Of a stretch of DNA of 55,725 nucleotides, positions 30,822 through 39,983 are shown piece by piece. A program made the position numbers and the translations under genes. Each line of letters begins with the position of its first letter. The first letter of the stretch is position 1. The notes beneath the pieces are model-generated. The model saw only the letters and a list, made by a program, of their open reading frames with translations. It was not told the DNA's origin and did no database searches. Location of the stretch: assembly GCA_028748685.1 (NCBI GenBank), contig JAJRDU010000186.1, positions 1 through 55,725 on the forward strand, written 5' to 3'. This DNA comes from Methylococcaceae bacterium. GTDB taxonomy: Bacteria; Pseudomonadota; Gammaproteobacteria; Methylococcales; Methylomonadaceae.

Positions 30822-32094
30822 GCTGGCGCGGTGTTCGGTGTTCCCGGGGTTTGTGTTCCGAGCGCGGCGGACGCTTACCGTGCGGAACTACTCGTTCGCG
30901 CGGTTCCCGGCGTTCGGGCTTGATCACCTCTTCCACCAGCAAGTCCGGGGTGATTTGCTGAACGGGGACTTTTTCGCCGATGTAGTCTTCGATGTCCGGC
31001 ATCGAATAGGCGTATTCCTCGCAGATGAAGCTGATAGCCTCGCCGCTGGCGCCGAAGCGGGCGGTACGGCCGATGCGGTGCACGTAATCCTCGACATCCT
31101 GCGGCAAGTCGTAGTTGAAGACATGCGAAACGTCCGGAATATGCAGGCCACGCGCCGCGACGTCGGTGGCAATCAACAGCGTGACCCGATTTTCCTGGAA
31201 ATCGTTGAGCAGGCGCTGGCGTTTTTCCTGCGGTACGTCGCCGCTGAGCATCGCGGTCTTGTGGCCGTTGGCTTGCAGATAATCGTCCAGTTGTTCCGCG
31301 CAACGCTTGGTGTTGACGAACACGATGCTGCGCTGCGGCTGGTGATGTTTCAGCAAGCCCAGCAATAGCGGAATTTTTTGGTCGTTGGCAGGGCAATAGG
31401 CGACCTGATTGATGGCCTTGGAGGTGACTTCCTCCGACTCGATGCGAATCAGCACCGGGTTATTCATGTGTTCGTAAGCCAGTTCGGTGACCTTGTATGA
31501 CAAGGTCGCGGAAAACAACAGATTCAGGCGTGTTTCCGGCGGCGGCATGCGGCGCAACAAAAAGCGGATATCCTTGATGAAACCCAGGTCGAACATGCGG
31601 TCGGCTTCGTCCATCACGGTGACCTGGATGTTGTCCAGCGTGAAGGCGCCTTGCCGGTAAAAGTCGATGATGCGGCCGGGGGTGCCGATGATGATGTCGA
31701 CGTTGGTTTTGAGTTTGTCCAACTGTTTCTGGTAATCGGTGCCGCCGTAAATCAAGGCAAATTTCAGGTTGACATATTTGCCGAGCACCAGCGCGTCCTT
31801 GTGGATCTGAATCGCCAGTTCGCGGGTTGGCGCCAATATCAAGGCCCTTGGGTTCTTGATTTTTTCGCTTTCATCGTTGATCAGGCGCTGAAAGGTCGCC
31901 AACAAAAAGCTGGCGGTTTTGCCAGTGCCTGTCTGGGCCTGACCTGCAACGTCTTTATCCCGCAGCGCCAAGGGCAATGACTTATCCTGAATCGGTGTGC
32001 AGTTGATGAATCCCGCTTCCTTCAGGCCTTTGATAATGGAGTCGGATAGCTCCAGATTGCTAAAACGCGTTTCCGTTAGATGTGTTTTTTTCAT
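30769..32094 (-). CDS. rhlB: DEAD-box RNA helicase RhlB
   Basis: HLTETRFS, AQTGTGKT, DEADRMFDLGF, SAT, HRIGRT; rhlB-trxA-rho synteny. Confidence 0.95.
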   Translation of the reverse strand: MKKTHLTETRFSNLELSDSIIKGLKEAGFINCTPIQDKSLPLALRDKDVAGQAQTGTGKTASFLLATFQRLINDESEKIKNPRALILAPTRELAIQIHKDALVLGKYVNLKFALIYGGTDYQKQLDKLKTNVDIIIGTPGRIIDFYRQGAFTLDNIQVTVMDEADRMFDLGFIKDIRFLLRRMPPPETRLNLLFSATLSYKVTELAYEHMNNPVLIRIESEEVTSKAINQVAYCPANDQKIPLLLGLLKHHQPQRSIVFVNTKRCAEQLDDYLQANGHKTAMLSGDVPQEKRQRLLNDFQENRVTLLIATDVAARGLHIPDVSHVFNYDLPQDVEDYVHRIGRTARFGASGEAISFICEEYAYSMPDIEDYIGEKVPVQQITPDLLVEEVIKPERREPRERVVPHGKRPPRSEHKPREHRTPRQPTSPASAPENPQPLEIQ

Positions 32095-32321
32095 ATGGAG
32101 ATAGGATAACGTAAAAACGCCAGGGATCTGGTAAAAAATAACTTTCCGAAATCAACTTAATTTGCGGTTTTGTCCGATAGTTCCAGCAAGGAAGATAGGT
32201 AGCAAGGACATTCTTTAGTCATTACTTTGATATGCATCACAAGTTAATTTTGCTTTATGCTTCAATTTTCTGATTCAAATTCTGGGGGGGAATTTTAACC
32301 AAATCTTAAGGTTGAAATCGA

Positions 32322-32351
32322 TTGACAATTCGATTGTGGCGAAACTATAGT
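32322..32351 (+). promoter_or_regulatory. Sigma70 promoter for trxA-rho
   Basis: TTGACA (32322) -18 nt- TATAGT (32346). Confidence 0.65.
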
Positions 32352-32380
32352 TTCTCCTTTGTAAACTATTGGAGAATGGC

Positions 32381-32707
32381 GTGAGTGATTTAGTTCTGCA
32401 TGTGTCTGATGCTGATTTTAATGACACTGTTATAAAGTCCGGTGTACCGGTTTTGGTGGATTACTGGGCGGAGTGGTGCGGCCCTTGTAAAATGATTGCC
32501 CCCGTTTTGGACGAAGTGTCGGCCGAGTACGAAGGCAAGCTGGCCGTTGTTAAGTTGAACATCGACGAAAACCCTAAAACGCCTCAACATTACGGCGTAC
32601 GCGGCATTCCCACGCTGATGATTTTCAAAAACGGTGAAGTGGAAGCGACTAAAGTCGGCGCATTGACCAAGTCACAACTGACCGCTTTTATCGATAGCAA
32701 TATCTAA
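32381..32707 (+). CDS. trxA: Thioredoxin 1
   Basis: [13 protein letters not shown]; GTG start after GGAG; upstream of rho. Confidence 0.96.
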   Translation: MSDLVLHVSDADFNDTVIKSGVPVLVDYWAEWCGPCKMIAPVLDEVSAEYEGKLAVVKLNIDENPKTPQHYGVRGIPTLMIFKNGEVEATKVGALTKSQLTAFIDSNI

Positions 32708-32720
32708 ATCGATTCGTGTA

Positions 32721-32758
32721 AACCGGATTTGTCATAAAAGGTTTTGATAAGTCCGGTT
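32721..32758 (+). terminator. Hairpin after trxA (terminator or attenuator before rho)
   Basis: AACCGGATTTGTCA...TGATAAGTCCGGTT inverted repeat. Confidence 0.5.
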
Positions 32759-32881
32759 ATTGCGCTAAAATCATCCGCGCTTGCTTCTTTGCATCCATAT
32801 CGTCTGTAGTTTATCCATCATCATCTTCTGCTGTAAACGGCTTTCTGCCGCTTTGCGTTTCTTTCATTTCTCTTATACAAC

Positions 32882-34138
32882 ATGAATCTTACCGAGTTAA
32901 AACTTAAACAAGTCAGTGAAATTATCGCCATTGCCGAGTCCTTGGGTCTGGAAAATATCGACAGAGCCAGAAAACAGGAATTGATTTTCGGCATCTTGAA
33001 AAAGCAGGCGAAGAGCGGTGAGGATATATTCGGCGACGGAGTTTTGGAGATATTGCAAGACGGTTTTGGATTTTTACGTACCCCCGGTGCTTCCTATCTT
33101 GCCGGTCCCGACGATATTTACGTGTCGCCCAGTCAGATTCGGCGATTCGGTTTGCGCACCGGCGATACCGTCAGCGGCAAGATCAGGCCGCCCAAGGAAG
33201 GCGAACGTTATTTCGCTATGCTCAAGGTCGAAAGCATCAATTTCGAATCTCCCGAGCAGTCCAAGAACAAGATTTCATTTTCCAACCTCACGCCGCTGTT
33301 TGCCAACAAGCGTTTCCGCCTGGAGCAGGGTAACGGCACCAGCGAGGACTTAACCGCCCGCATCATCGACTTGATCGCGCCGATAGGCAAAGGCCAACGT
33401 GGCCTGATCGTTTCACCGCCCAAGGCCGGTAAAACCATGATCATGCAGAGCATCGCCCATGCGATTGCCGAGAATAATCCCGAGTGTTATCTGATCGTGC
33501 TGTTGATCGACGAACGTCCGGAAGAGGTGACGGAAATGGAGCGTTGCGTGCGCGGCGAGGTGGTGTCCAGTACCTTCGACGAACCCGCTACCCGTCACGT
33601 CCAGGTGGCCGACATGGTCATTGAAAAAGCCCGGCGTCTGGTCGAGCATAAACACGACGTGGTCATCTTGTTAGACTCCATCACCCGCTTGGCGAGAGCC
33701 TATAACATGGTGGTGCCGTCTTCGGGCAAACTGTTGTCGGGTGGTGTCGATGCCAACGCCTTGGAAAAACCCAAGCGTTTCTTTGGTGCCGCTCGGAATA
33801 TCGAGGAAGGCGGTAGCTTGACGATCATCGCCACCGCCTTGGTCGAAACCGGCTCGCGTATGGACGAGGTGATTTTCGAGGAATTCAAGGGTACCGGTAA
33901 CATGGAACTGCATCTGGAACGTAAGATCGCCGAGAAGAGGGTTTATCCCGCCATCAACATCAATCGATCCGGTACTCGCCGCGAGGAATATCTGGTCGAG
34001 CCCGACGAGCTGCAAAAAACCTGGATTCTGCGCAAAATCCTGCAGCCCATGGACGAACTGGCTGCATCTGAATTCTTGCTGGGCAAGTTGAAAGACTTCA
34101 AAACCAATGCCGAATTTTTTAACTCGATGAAACGATAG
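32882..34138 (+). CDS. rho: Transcription termination factor Rho
   Basis: [43 protein letters not shown]. Confidence 0.98.
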   Translation: MNLTELKLKQVSEIIAIAESLGLENIDRARKQELIFGILKKQAKSGEDIFGDGVLEILQDGFGFLRTPGASYLAGPDDIYVSPSQIRRFGLRTGDTVSGKIRPPKEGERYFAMLKVESINFESPEQSKNKISFSNLTPLFANKRFRLEQGNGTSEDLTARIIDLIAPIGKGQRGLIVSPPKAGKTMIMQSIAHAIAENNPECYLIVLLIDERPEEVTEMERCVRGEVVSSTFDEPATRHVQVADMVIEKARRLVEHKHDVVILLDSITRLARAYNMVVPSSGKLLSGGVDANALEKPKRFFGAARNIEEGGSLTIIATALVETGSRMDEVIFEEFKGTGNMELHLERKIAEKRVYPAININRSGTRREEYLVEPDELQKTWILRKILQPMDELAASEFLLGKLKDFKTNAEFFNSMKR

Positions 34139-34347
34139 TCAGCCGGCTCGATGGGTGGCGAGCGATTTGGAGTCGTTCGTCGCCATGCCGTATTCAAGTC
34201 CACTTTCTCCGATTCCCCGCCGCGAGTTTTGCCATCAATTACGTCCCTGCCATCGTCTGGATGCGTAGCGGCCGTCAGCAAGACACATTTGATGGTTATA
34301 AATGTGTTTAAGTTTGATATATTGCGCCTCGACCTTAAACGAGGAGT

Positions 34348-36051
34348 ATGGCCTTGCGAAACACAAGCAGATTTTTTATCCAGTTCATCCGTTTGGCGGG
34401 ACCCTTCTGGAATTCTGAAAACAAAACGACCATTCGCAGTCTGTCGTTGGCGCTGGTGGCGCTGACCGTATTGCAGATTGCGGTTTCGGTCATCATCACC
34501 GAATGGAGCGCCGATCTGTTTGATGCGTTGGAGCAACGCTCGATGTCGGGGCTGTTTACCCAGATTGGTCTCATCATATTGATTTTCATCGCCAACATGG
34601 CGATTACCGCTACCCACCTGACGGTCAAGCGCCGCCTGCAACTGGATTGGCGAGGCTGGTTGACGGATAAGCTGATCGGACAGTGGATGCACGATGGCCG
34701 CCACTATCTGGTGACCCATATTGCCGGGGGACAGCATGACAATCCGGACGGACGGATCGCCGAAGATATTCGGATTTCCACCGAATTTGCCATCGATCTG
34801 TTGCATACTCTGTTTTTTTGCATCTTATTGCTAGTCAGCTTTACCAAGATACTCTGGACATTGTCCGGTACCGTGACGCTGAACCTCGGGCTGTTTGAGT
34901 TTTCCATACAAGGGCATCTGGTTTGGTTGGCGTTTATTTATGCCGCCAGTGCCTCCATGTTGGGATGGTGGATAGGTAGGCCCTTGACCACGGCAACCGA
35001 TAATCGGCAAACCATGGAGGCCAATTTCCGTTTTGCGTTGGTCAAGGCCCGCGAAAATGCGCAGGCCATTGCCTTGATACACGGCGAGCGTCACGAAAAC
35101 CCCCATTTTCACCAATTATTCGGCGGCATCATCGCTGCCTGGGATCAGCAAACCAAGGCCTGGGGTAAGATCATCATGTTCAGTTCCGGCTATTCGGTAT
35201 TGTCGATGGCGTTTCCGATCCTGGTATCGGCTCCCCGCTTTATCCTGGGTACTATCACGCTGGGCGCGTTGATGCAGTCCGCGCAGGCGTTTCAACAATT
35301 GGTGTCTTCCTTGTCCTGGCCGGTCGACAACATGGGCAAGGTGGCGGAATGGCGCGCCTCGGTAGAGCGGGTTTTAGGCTTGACCAAGGCCTTGGATCAA
35401 CTGGAACGAGAAATCGCTAGGCCCGACCCGCATCGTATACGCTTGGAAAAAATCGATGAGTCGGTGTTGCGTTTTCGCGATCTCTGCATTACCCGTTTGG
35501 ACGGCATCGTCTGCGTTTCCTGTCTTAACGAAGAAATTAAGGCTGGGGAAAGGGTCTTGATTGCGGGTAATGCGTTTACCGGCAATAAGCTATTCAAGGC
35601 GGTAGCCGGTCTCTGGCCGTGGGGCGAGGGTGTCGTTGAATTGCCCGACAACGAAGCCTTATTCTTCATGCCGCCGCGCCCCTACTTGCCGACCGGTACC
35701 TTGCGTGCCGCAATTTGCTACCCTTCCGATCCTTCTTCTTTCGAGCTGGAGGCCTTAGAGGCTGCGCTTGATTTGGCGGGATTGAAGGATTTGACCGAGC
35801 AGCTCGATCAGGTCGGCGACTGGGAAAAAAACCTCGAACGTGAACAGCAGGAGAGATTGGGATTTGTGCGCTTGATGTTGCACAAACCTAAATGGATATT
35901 GATGCAGGAAGCCTTCGCCTCGCTCGAGCCCGAAGGCGAGGTGGAAATGGTTAAGCTGATTCATAGAATGCTTCCTAACTCGGCAATGTTGACCATTACC
36001 AAGCAGCCAGCCATACAAGCGATGCATAAGCGCAGCATCACCTTGTGTTGA
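34348..36051 (+). CDS. YddA/Rv1819c/SbmA-like (ABCD-type) fused transporter with a degenerate ATPase domain
   Basis: DNPDGRIAEDI, EANFRFALV..RENA..IAL, AFQQL...LSW, AGLWPWG.G, FMPPRPYLP; Walker and signature motifs degenerate. Confidence 0.85.
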   Translation: MALRNTSRFFIQFIRLAGPFWNSENKTTIRSLSLALVALTVLQIAVSVIITEWSADLFDALEQRSMSGLFTQIGLIILIFIANMAITATHLTVKRRLQLDWRGWLTDKLIGQWMHDGRHYLVTHIAGGQHDNPDGRIAEDIRISTEFAIDLLHTLFFCILLLVSFTKILWTLSGTVTLNLGLFEFSIQGHLVWLAFIYAASASMLGWWIGRPLTTATDNRQTMEANFRFALVKARENAQAIALIHGERHENPHFHQLFGGIIAAWDQQTKAWGKIIMFSSGYSVLSMAFPILVSAPRFILGTITLGALMQSAQAFQQLVSSLSWPVDNMGKVAEWRASVERVLGLTKALDQLEREIARPDPHRIRLEKIDESVLRFRDLCITRLDGIVCVSCLNEEIKAGERVLIAGNAFTGNKLFKAVAGLWPWGEGVVELPDNEALFFMPPRPYLPTGTLRAAICYPSDPSSFELEALEAALDLAGLKDLTEQLDQVGDWEKNLEREQQERLGFVRLMLHKPKWILMQEAFASLEPEGEVEMVKLIHRMLPNSAMLTITKQPAIQAMHKRSITLC

Positions 36052-36086
36052 GCAACTGTTGGTAATTCAGAGCGGGGACACGTGGC

Positions 36087-37208
36087 GTGAAGCGGGTATT
36101 CGTCGGTAAGCGCGGCAGAAAGGTTCGTGGCGTCAATCTAGGCGGCTGGCTGGTGTTGGAAAAATGGATGACTCCCAGCTTGTTTGCCGGCTTAAAGGCC
36201 GAGGATGAAACCGCCTGGTGCATCGAACAAGGGGATGAGGCGGAGCGGATTCTGAAACAACACTGGAACACATTCATCGGTCGCGACGACTTTGCCTGGT
36301 TGGCCGCAATCGGGATCAATTCAGTCAGGATTCCGGTCGGCCATTGGTTGTTTGGACCGGACTACCCCTATCATCGCAGTTACGGCGATGTTAGGTATCC
36401 TTTCGTAAGCGGCGGCGTTGCGGTGCTTGATCGTGCCTTCGATTGGGCCGAGGAATTGGGTTTGCTGGTGGTGTTGGATTTACACGCCGCGCCCGGTTGC
36501 CAGAACGGTTTCGACAATGGCGGCATCAAGGATGTCTGCGAATGGCATACCGAGCAGGAGTATATCGATCACTCGTTGACCGTGCTGGAGCGCCTCGCGG
36601 AACGTTATCATGGTCGTCCGGCCTTGCATGCGATCGAGGTGTTGAACGAGCCGCGGTGGGATATTCCCACCGAATTATTGGCCCGCTATACGGCCGATGC
36701 TTATGGCAAAATCCGCAAATATTGCCGGGCCGAAGAGGTAGCCGTGGTGTTTCATGATGGCTTTCGTTCCTATCGGGAATATGTCGGTGTTCTGCAAGGT
36801 TCGGAGTATGACAACATGGTATTCGACATTCATCGTTATCAGTGCTTCGTTCAGGAAGATAAGGATACCGATGTCTACGGGCATATTAAGAAGTCCGCTA
36901 TCGACTGGAAAAATGAAGCCGACGAGATCATCCAAAATTCAGGGCGGTGGACGTATGTCGGCGAATGGAGTCTGGGGCTGGACCCAAAAATGATGGCTAT
37001 GTGGGAGCAACAGGCGTTCGATCATGATCAGCCTCGTATGGACGTCTTCCAACAGGATATTGCCTATCGCGCCTACGCCGCAGCGCAACTCGCCAGTTTC
37101 GAGAAGTATCTCGGCTGGTTCTTCTGGAGTTACAAAACCGAAACCATGCCGCACTGGAGCTTTCGCGACTGTGTCGAGCATGGCTGGCTACCCGATCGCT
37201 ATGCCTGA
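36087..37208 (+). CDS. Glycoside hydrolase family 5 (glucan 1,3-beta-glucosidase-like)
   Basis: RGVNLGGWLVLEKWM, RIPVGHW, DLHAAPG.QNGFDN, acid/base NEP, nucleophile VGEWS, GWFFWSYK. Confidence 0.9.
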   Translation: MKRVFVGKRGRKVRGVNLGGWLVLEKWMTPSLFAGLKAEDETAWCIEQGDEAERILKQHWNTFIGRDDFAWLAAIGINSVRIPVGHWLFGPDYPYHRSYGDVRYPFVSGGVAVLDRAFDWAEELGLLVVLDLHAAPGCQNGFDNGGIKDVCEWHTEQEYIDHSLTVLERLAERYHGRPALHAIEVLNEPRWDIPTELLARYTADAYGKIRKYCRAEEVAVVFHDGFRSYREYVGVLQGSEYDNMVFDIHRYQCFVQEDKDTDVYGHIKKSAIDWKNEADEIIQNSGRWTYVGEWSLGLDPKMMAMWEQQAFDHDQPRMDVFQQDIAYRAYAAAQLASFEKYLGWFFWSYKTETMPHWSFRDCVEHGWLPDRYA

Positions 37209-37395
37209 AAATCAAACCAAACTCTAGGCTTGTTGCGCATAGCATATCTGTTAGATAATGGCGCCTGGAATTTTTTCTTAGGAAATGTGGGGGAATTGAC
37301 GTGCTGAAACGTCTTAAGGGATAGAGGTCCCGTAATTCTCTATACGGGGGTACCATCAGCATTGTGTGGCATACAGCAACAACTTCGGGCGCATC

Positions 37396-37656
37396 ATGAA
37401 AACAAACTCCGAAACAACTTTCTTGGATAGCCAACTCGTTTCATCGAAAGAACCGGGTTTTCCCACGGTACGCTATTTCCAGATCCACTTTGAACATTTG
37501 CATGAATTGATCGACGATTTGAGAATGCAGATCCAACAAGCGAATCAGCAGATTGCCGAGTTACAGCAGCAATTGCATGGTAGGTCGACATTAGCGCGGA
37601 TCGGCCCGGAAGGATATGGTAATGAGCGTAAGGCACCGCCGACTAATTTGGGTTGA
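37396..37656 (+). CDS. Hypothetical small coiled-coil protein
   Basis: Open frame with heptad stretch LHELIDDLRMQIQQANQQIAELQQQL filling the gap before convergent moaE. Confidence 0.5.
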   Translation: MKTNSETTFLDSQLVSSKEPGFPTVRYFQIHFEHLHELIDDLRMQIQQANQQIAELQQQLHGRSTLARIGPEGYGNERKAPPTNLG

Positions 37657-37695
37657 CGCCTAGTCGATCCGATGAGGGCGCTTTTGTGACGGCAG

Positions 37696-38148
37696 CTATT
37701 TCGATTGATAGCCTTTGCTGTTATTCTCCACCCAGCGCGCCTGCCCCGAGACTAACGTCTCTTTTTTCCAGAATGGTGCCCGGCTTTTCAAGGCTTCCAT
37801 GATGAATCGGCAGGCATCGAATGCATCGCCGCGATGGACAGCCCAAGCCGCCACCAGTACCAGCGTGTCGTCGGGATTCACCGCGCCGATGCGGTGCAAT
37901 ACCAGCGTGTCCAACAGCGACCATTGCCGTTCGGCCTGCTCGACAATGTGCTGTAACTGTTTCTCGGTCATGCCAGGGTAATGCTCCAGGAACATGCTCC
38001 GGACGCCGTCGCCCTGATTAAAGTCACGCATGGTGCCGACGAACACGGCGGTGGCGCCGTGCTTGCCGGCGAGTTCGGCGGTTTGCGTCTGGTAGGCTTC
38101 GATTTCCTTCCAGGGGTTAAAAGCCTGTTCGCAGAGTTTTATCGGCAT
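37696..38148 (-). CDS. moaE: Molybdopterin synthase catalytic subunit
   Basis: GATAVFVGTMR, LEHYPGMTEK, HRIG, HRGDAF, LKSRAPFWKKE; start ATG 38148. Confidence 0.94.
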   Translation of the reverse strand: MPIKLCEQAFNPWKEIEAYQTQTAELAGKHGATAVFVGTMRDFNQGDGVRSMFLEHYPGMTEKQLQHIVEQAERQWSLLDTLVLHRIGAVNPDDTLVLVAAWAVHRGDAFDACRFIMEALKSRAPFWKKETLVSGQARWVENNSKGYQSK

Positions 38149-38149
38149 G

Positions 38150-38383
38150 TCAGCCTCCGGTGACCGGCGGAAAAAATGCCAGTTCATCGCCCTCGTCGAC
38201 GTTCGCGTCCAGGCTAACATAGTCCATGTTGATGGCGGCCAGTAGAGTCTCGGGCATCGCCAAATCGGGATTGAGCTGTCGCCAGATGTCTCGGACAGAC
38301 AGTGGAGCGATAGACTCGAGTTCGTCTTCGCTTCGACCAACAGTTTCTTTTAAACTGGCAAAATAGCGGACTTTAATCGACAT
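38150..38383 (-). CDS. moaD: Molybdopterin synthase sulfur carrier subunit
   Basis: IKVRYFASLKE...GDELAFFPPVTGG with C-terminal GG. Confidence 0.95.
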   Translation of the reverse strand: MSIKVRYFASLKETVGRSEDELESIAPLSVRDIWRQLNPDLAMPETLLAAINMDYVSLDANVDEGDELAFFPPVTGG

Positions 38384-38436
38384 AATTATTGACCCGGTAA
38401 TACAATGTGCGGCCCTTATAGCCGTCAGATTTCGTT

Positions 38437-38940
38437 ATGTCCAGTTCACCGCTCACCCATTTTAACTCAGCCGGAGAAGCCCATATGGTGGATGTCGGCG
38501 ACAAGCCTCTCACCCAGCGCGTCGCGGTATGTGAGGGCTACATAGAGATGAAGCCGGGAACACTGGCGCTGATTATGGCAGGAACTCACAAGAAAGGCGA
38601 TGTGCTGGGTGTGGCTCGCATCGCCGGCATCATGGCCAGCAAAAAAACCGCCGACCTTATTCCCTTATGCCATCCTTTGCCTATTAACCACGTCGAAATT
38701 CGCCTTGAGCCGCAGACCGACCAGCAGCGAGTCCATTGTCTGACGACGGTTAAAACGGCCGGCCAAACCGGTGTGGAAATGGAGGCGTTGATGGCTACCC
38801 AAATCGCCCTGCTGACGATTTACGATATGTGCAAGGCGGTCGATCACGGCATGGTGATTCAATCCGTACGCTTGCTGGAAAAAAGTGGCGGTAAATCGGG
38901 GCACTGGCGGAGGGAAGAAAATTCAAATACTCAGTCGTAA
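38437..38940 (+). CDS. moaC: Cyclic pyranopterin monophosphate synthase
   Basis: LTHF...[43 protein letters not shown]. Confidence 0.96.
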   Translation: MSSSPLTHFNSAGEAHMVDVGDKPLTQRVAVCEGYIEMKPGTLALIMAGTHKKGDVLGVARIAGIMASKKTADLIPLCHPLPINHVEIRLEPQTDQQRVHCLTTVKTAGQTGVEMEALMATQIALLTIYDMCKAVDHGMVIQSVRLLEKSGGKSGHWRREENSNTQS

Positions 38941-39059
38941 TTTGCTTCTTGGTCCACGCAAAATCTTGTTGTTAAATTCAGCTTGATTCTACTGGAAATA
39001 CACGCTTGACCCAATTTTGTCCAAATCAGGTATGGATGAGTCAGTACTTCGATAGGCAT

Positions 39060-39084
39060 AAAAAAGCCCACATATAGTGGGCTT
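39060..39084 (-). terminator. Rho-independent terminator on the minus strand
   Basis: AAGCCCAC-TATAT-GTGGGCTT followed by a U-tract on the minus strand. Confidence 0.8.
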
Positions 39085-39247
39085 CGTCCGGTTTTGTTTT
39101 TATGTTTTAATGTGGACGCCTACCATTCAAAATGGCAGTTTAATAGCTCGCGTTTATTATTATTGTTGTTCTACCGTGTTACCGGTCGCTTTCCTCCCCC
39201 ATTGAAAGATTACGATTCTTTCGAGTCGCTTCTACCTCGTTCAAGGA
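39060..39247 (-). ncRNA. Candidate small regulatory RNA (~190 nt)
   Basis: No real ORF; own promoter upstream, internal hairpins, AAN-rich single-stranded tracts and a Rho-independent terminator. Confidence 0.55.
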
Positions 39248-39253
39248 GGAAGC

Positions 39254-39282
39254 ATTCTATTAAATAAAAAACCATCTGTCCA
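39254..39282 (-). promoter_or_regulatory. Sigma70 promoter for the candidate sRNA
   Basis: Minus strand TGGACA (39282-39277) -17 nt- TAGAAT (39259-39254). Confidence 0.6.
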
Positions 39283-39290
39283 GTAAAAGT

Positions 39291-39305
39291 GCGACAATTT
39301 GTCGC
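39291..39305. promoter_or_regulatory. RegA/PrrA/RoxR-like palindromic binding site
   Basis: GCGAC-AATTT-GTCGC matches the GCGNC-(AT-rich spacer)-GNCGC consensus and lies just upstream of the -35. Confidence 0.5.
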
Positions 39306-39379
39306 GTATCGACCTGCGTTGGATTTCCAGAAAAAACAGCGGAAAATCTGAGCGCAGAGCGTTTCGTCATTTGTCTGTA

Positions 39380-39973
39380 TTACGAACCACTGTTGTCCCT
39401 GTTAATGACTTTTTCCTGTAGAACCTGGTGCAAGCGTTTGATTAACTCGTCCGAAGCATCGTGGGCGCTTTCCTGAGTCTCGCCGTTTGCGGTTTTTTGG
39501 GCGAGTTTTGCGCTGACCTCGATACCGGAAGTGGCTTCTTTTAAGCTGAGCGCATAGTTGGCAGCGTCGTACTGGTTACTGAAAAAGTTTAGCAAACCGC
39601 GAGCATCCGGATCGTAGTTGACCTGAAAGCTTAGGTCGTTACGGTTTTTATCCAAAATTTCGATGTCGGCCAGCTTGAGCGCGGTTTCGGTCAGATCCCA
39701 GGCTCTATCCAGGCGCGTGTTGATCTGCAAGATCGGTTTGCCATCCTTTTCGGCTAATTGCTCAATACCCTCCAATATCGATTTTTTCTTAGTGGCCTTG
39801 CCGCTAATGGTTTCGGTTGGGGTATCACTGGTTTCGGTCGGCGCACTGGCGGTATGCTCGATGATCAGCGTCGGCGGCATTTCCAGATGTTGGATGTCGC
39901 GATATTTATCGGAAGTATCCGCACAGGCGGCCAGCAATACGCAGGGCAGACTGTATATCAACTTTCTAGGCAT
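39380..39973 (-). CDS. Outer-membrane lipoprotein, BamC/NlpB-DapX-like
   Basis: Lipobox LLAAC; Y...LEMPP.L N-terminal motif; RAW....AL....I...D helix-grip pattern; start ATG 39973. Confidence 0.65.
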   Translation of the reverse strand: MPRKLIYSLPCVLLAACADTSDKYRDIQHLEMPPTLIIEHTASAPTETSDTPTETISGKATKKKSILEGIEQLAEKDGKPILQINTRLDRAWDLTETALKLADIEILDKNRNDLSFQVNYDPDARGLLNFFSNQYDAANYALSLKEATSGIEVSAKLAQKTANGETQESAHDASDELIKRLHQVLQEKVINRDNSGS

Positions 39974-39983
39974 GGGTGTACTC

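Noticed and set aside
38384-38436. Moco riboswitch upstream of the moa genes
   Set aside because: The divergent gap is only 53 bp, too short for the aptamer.
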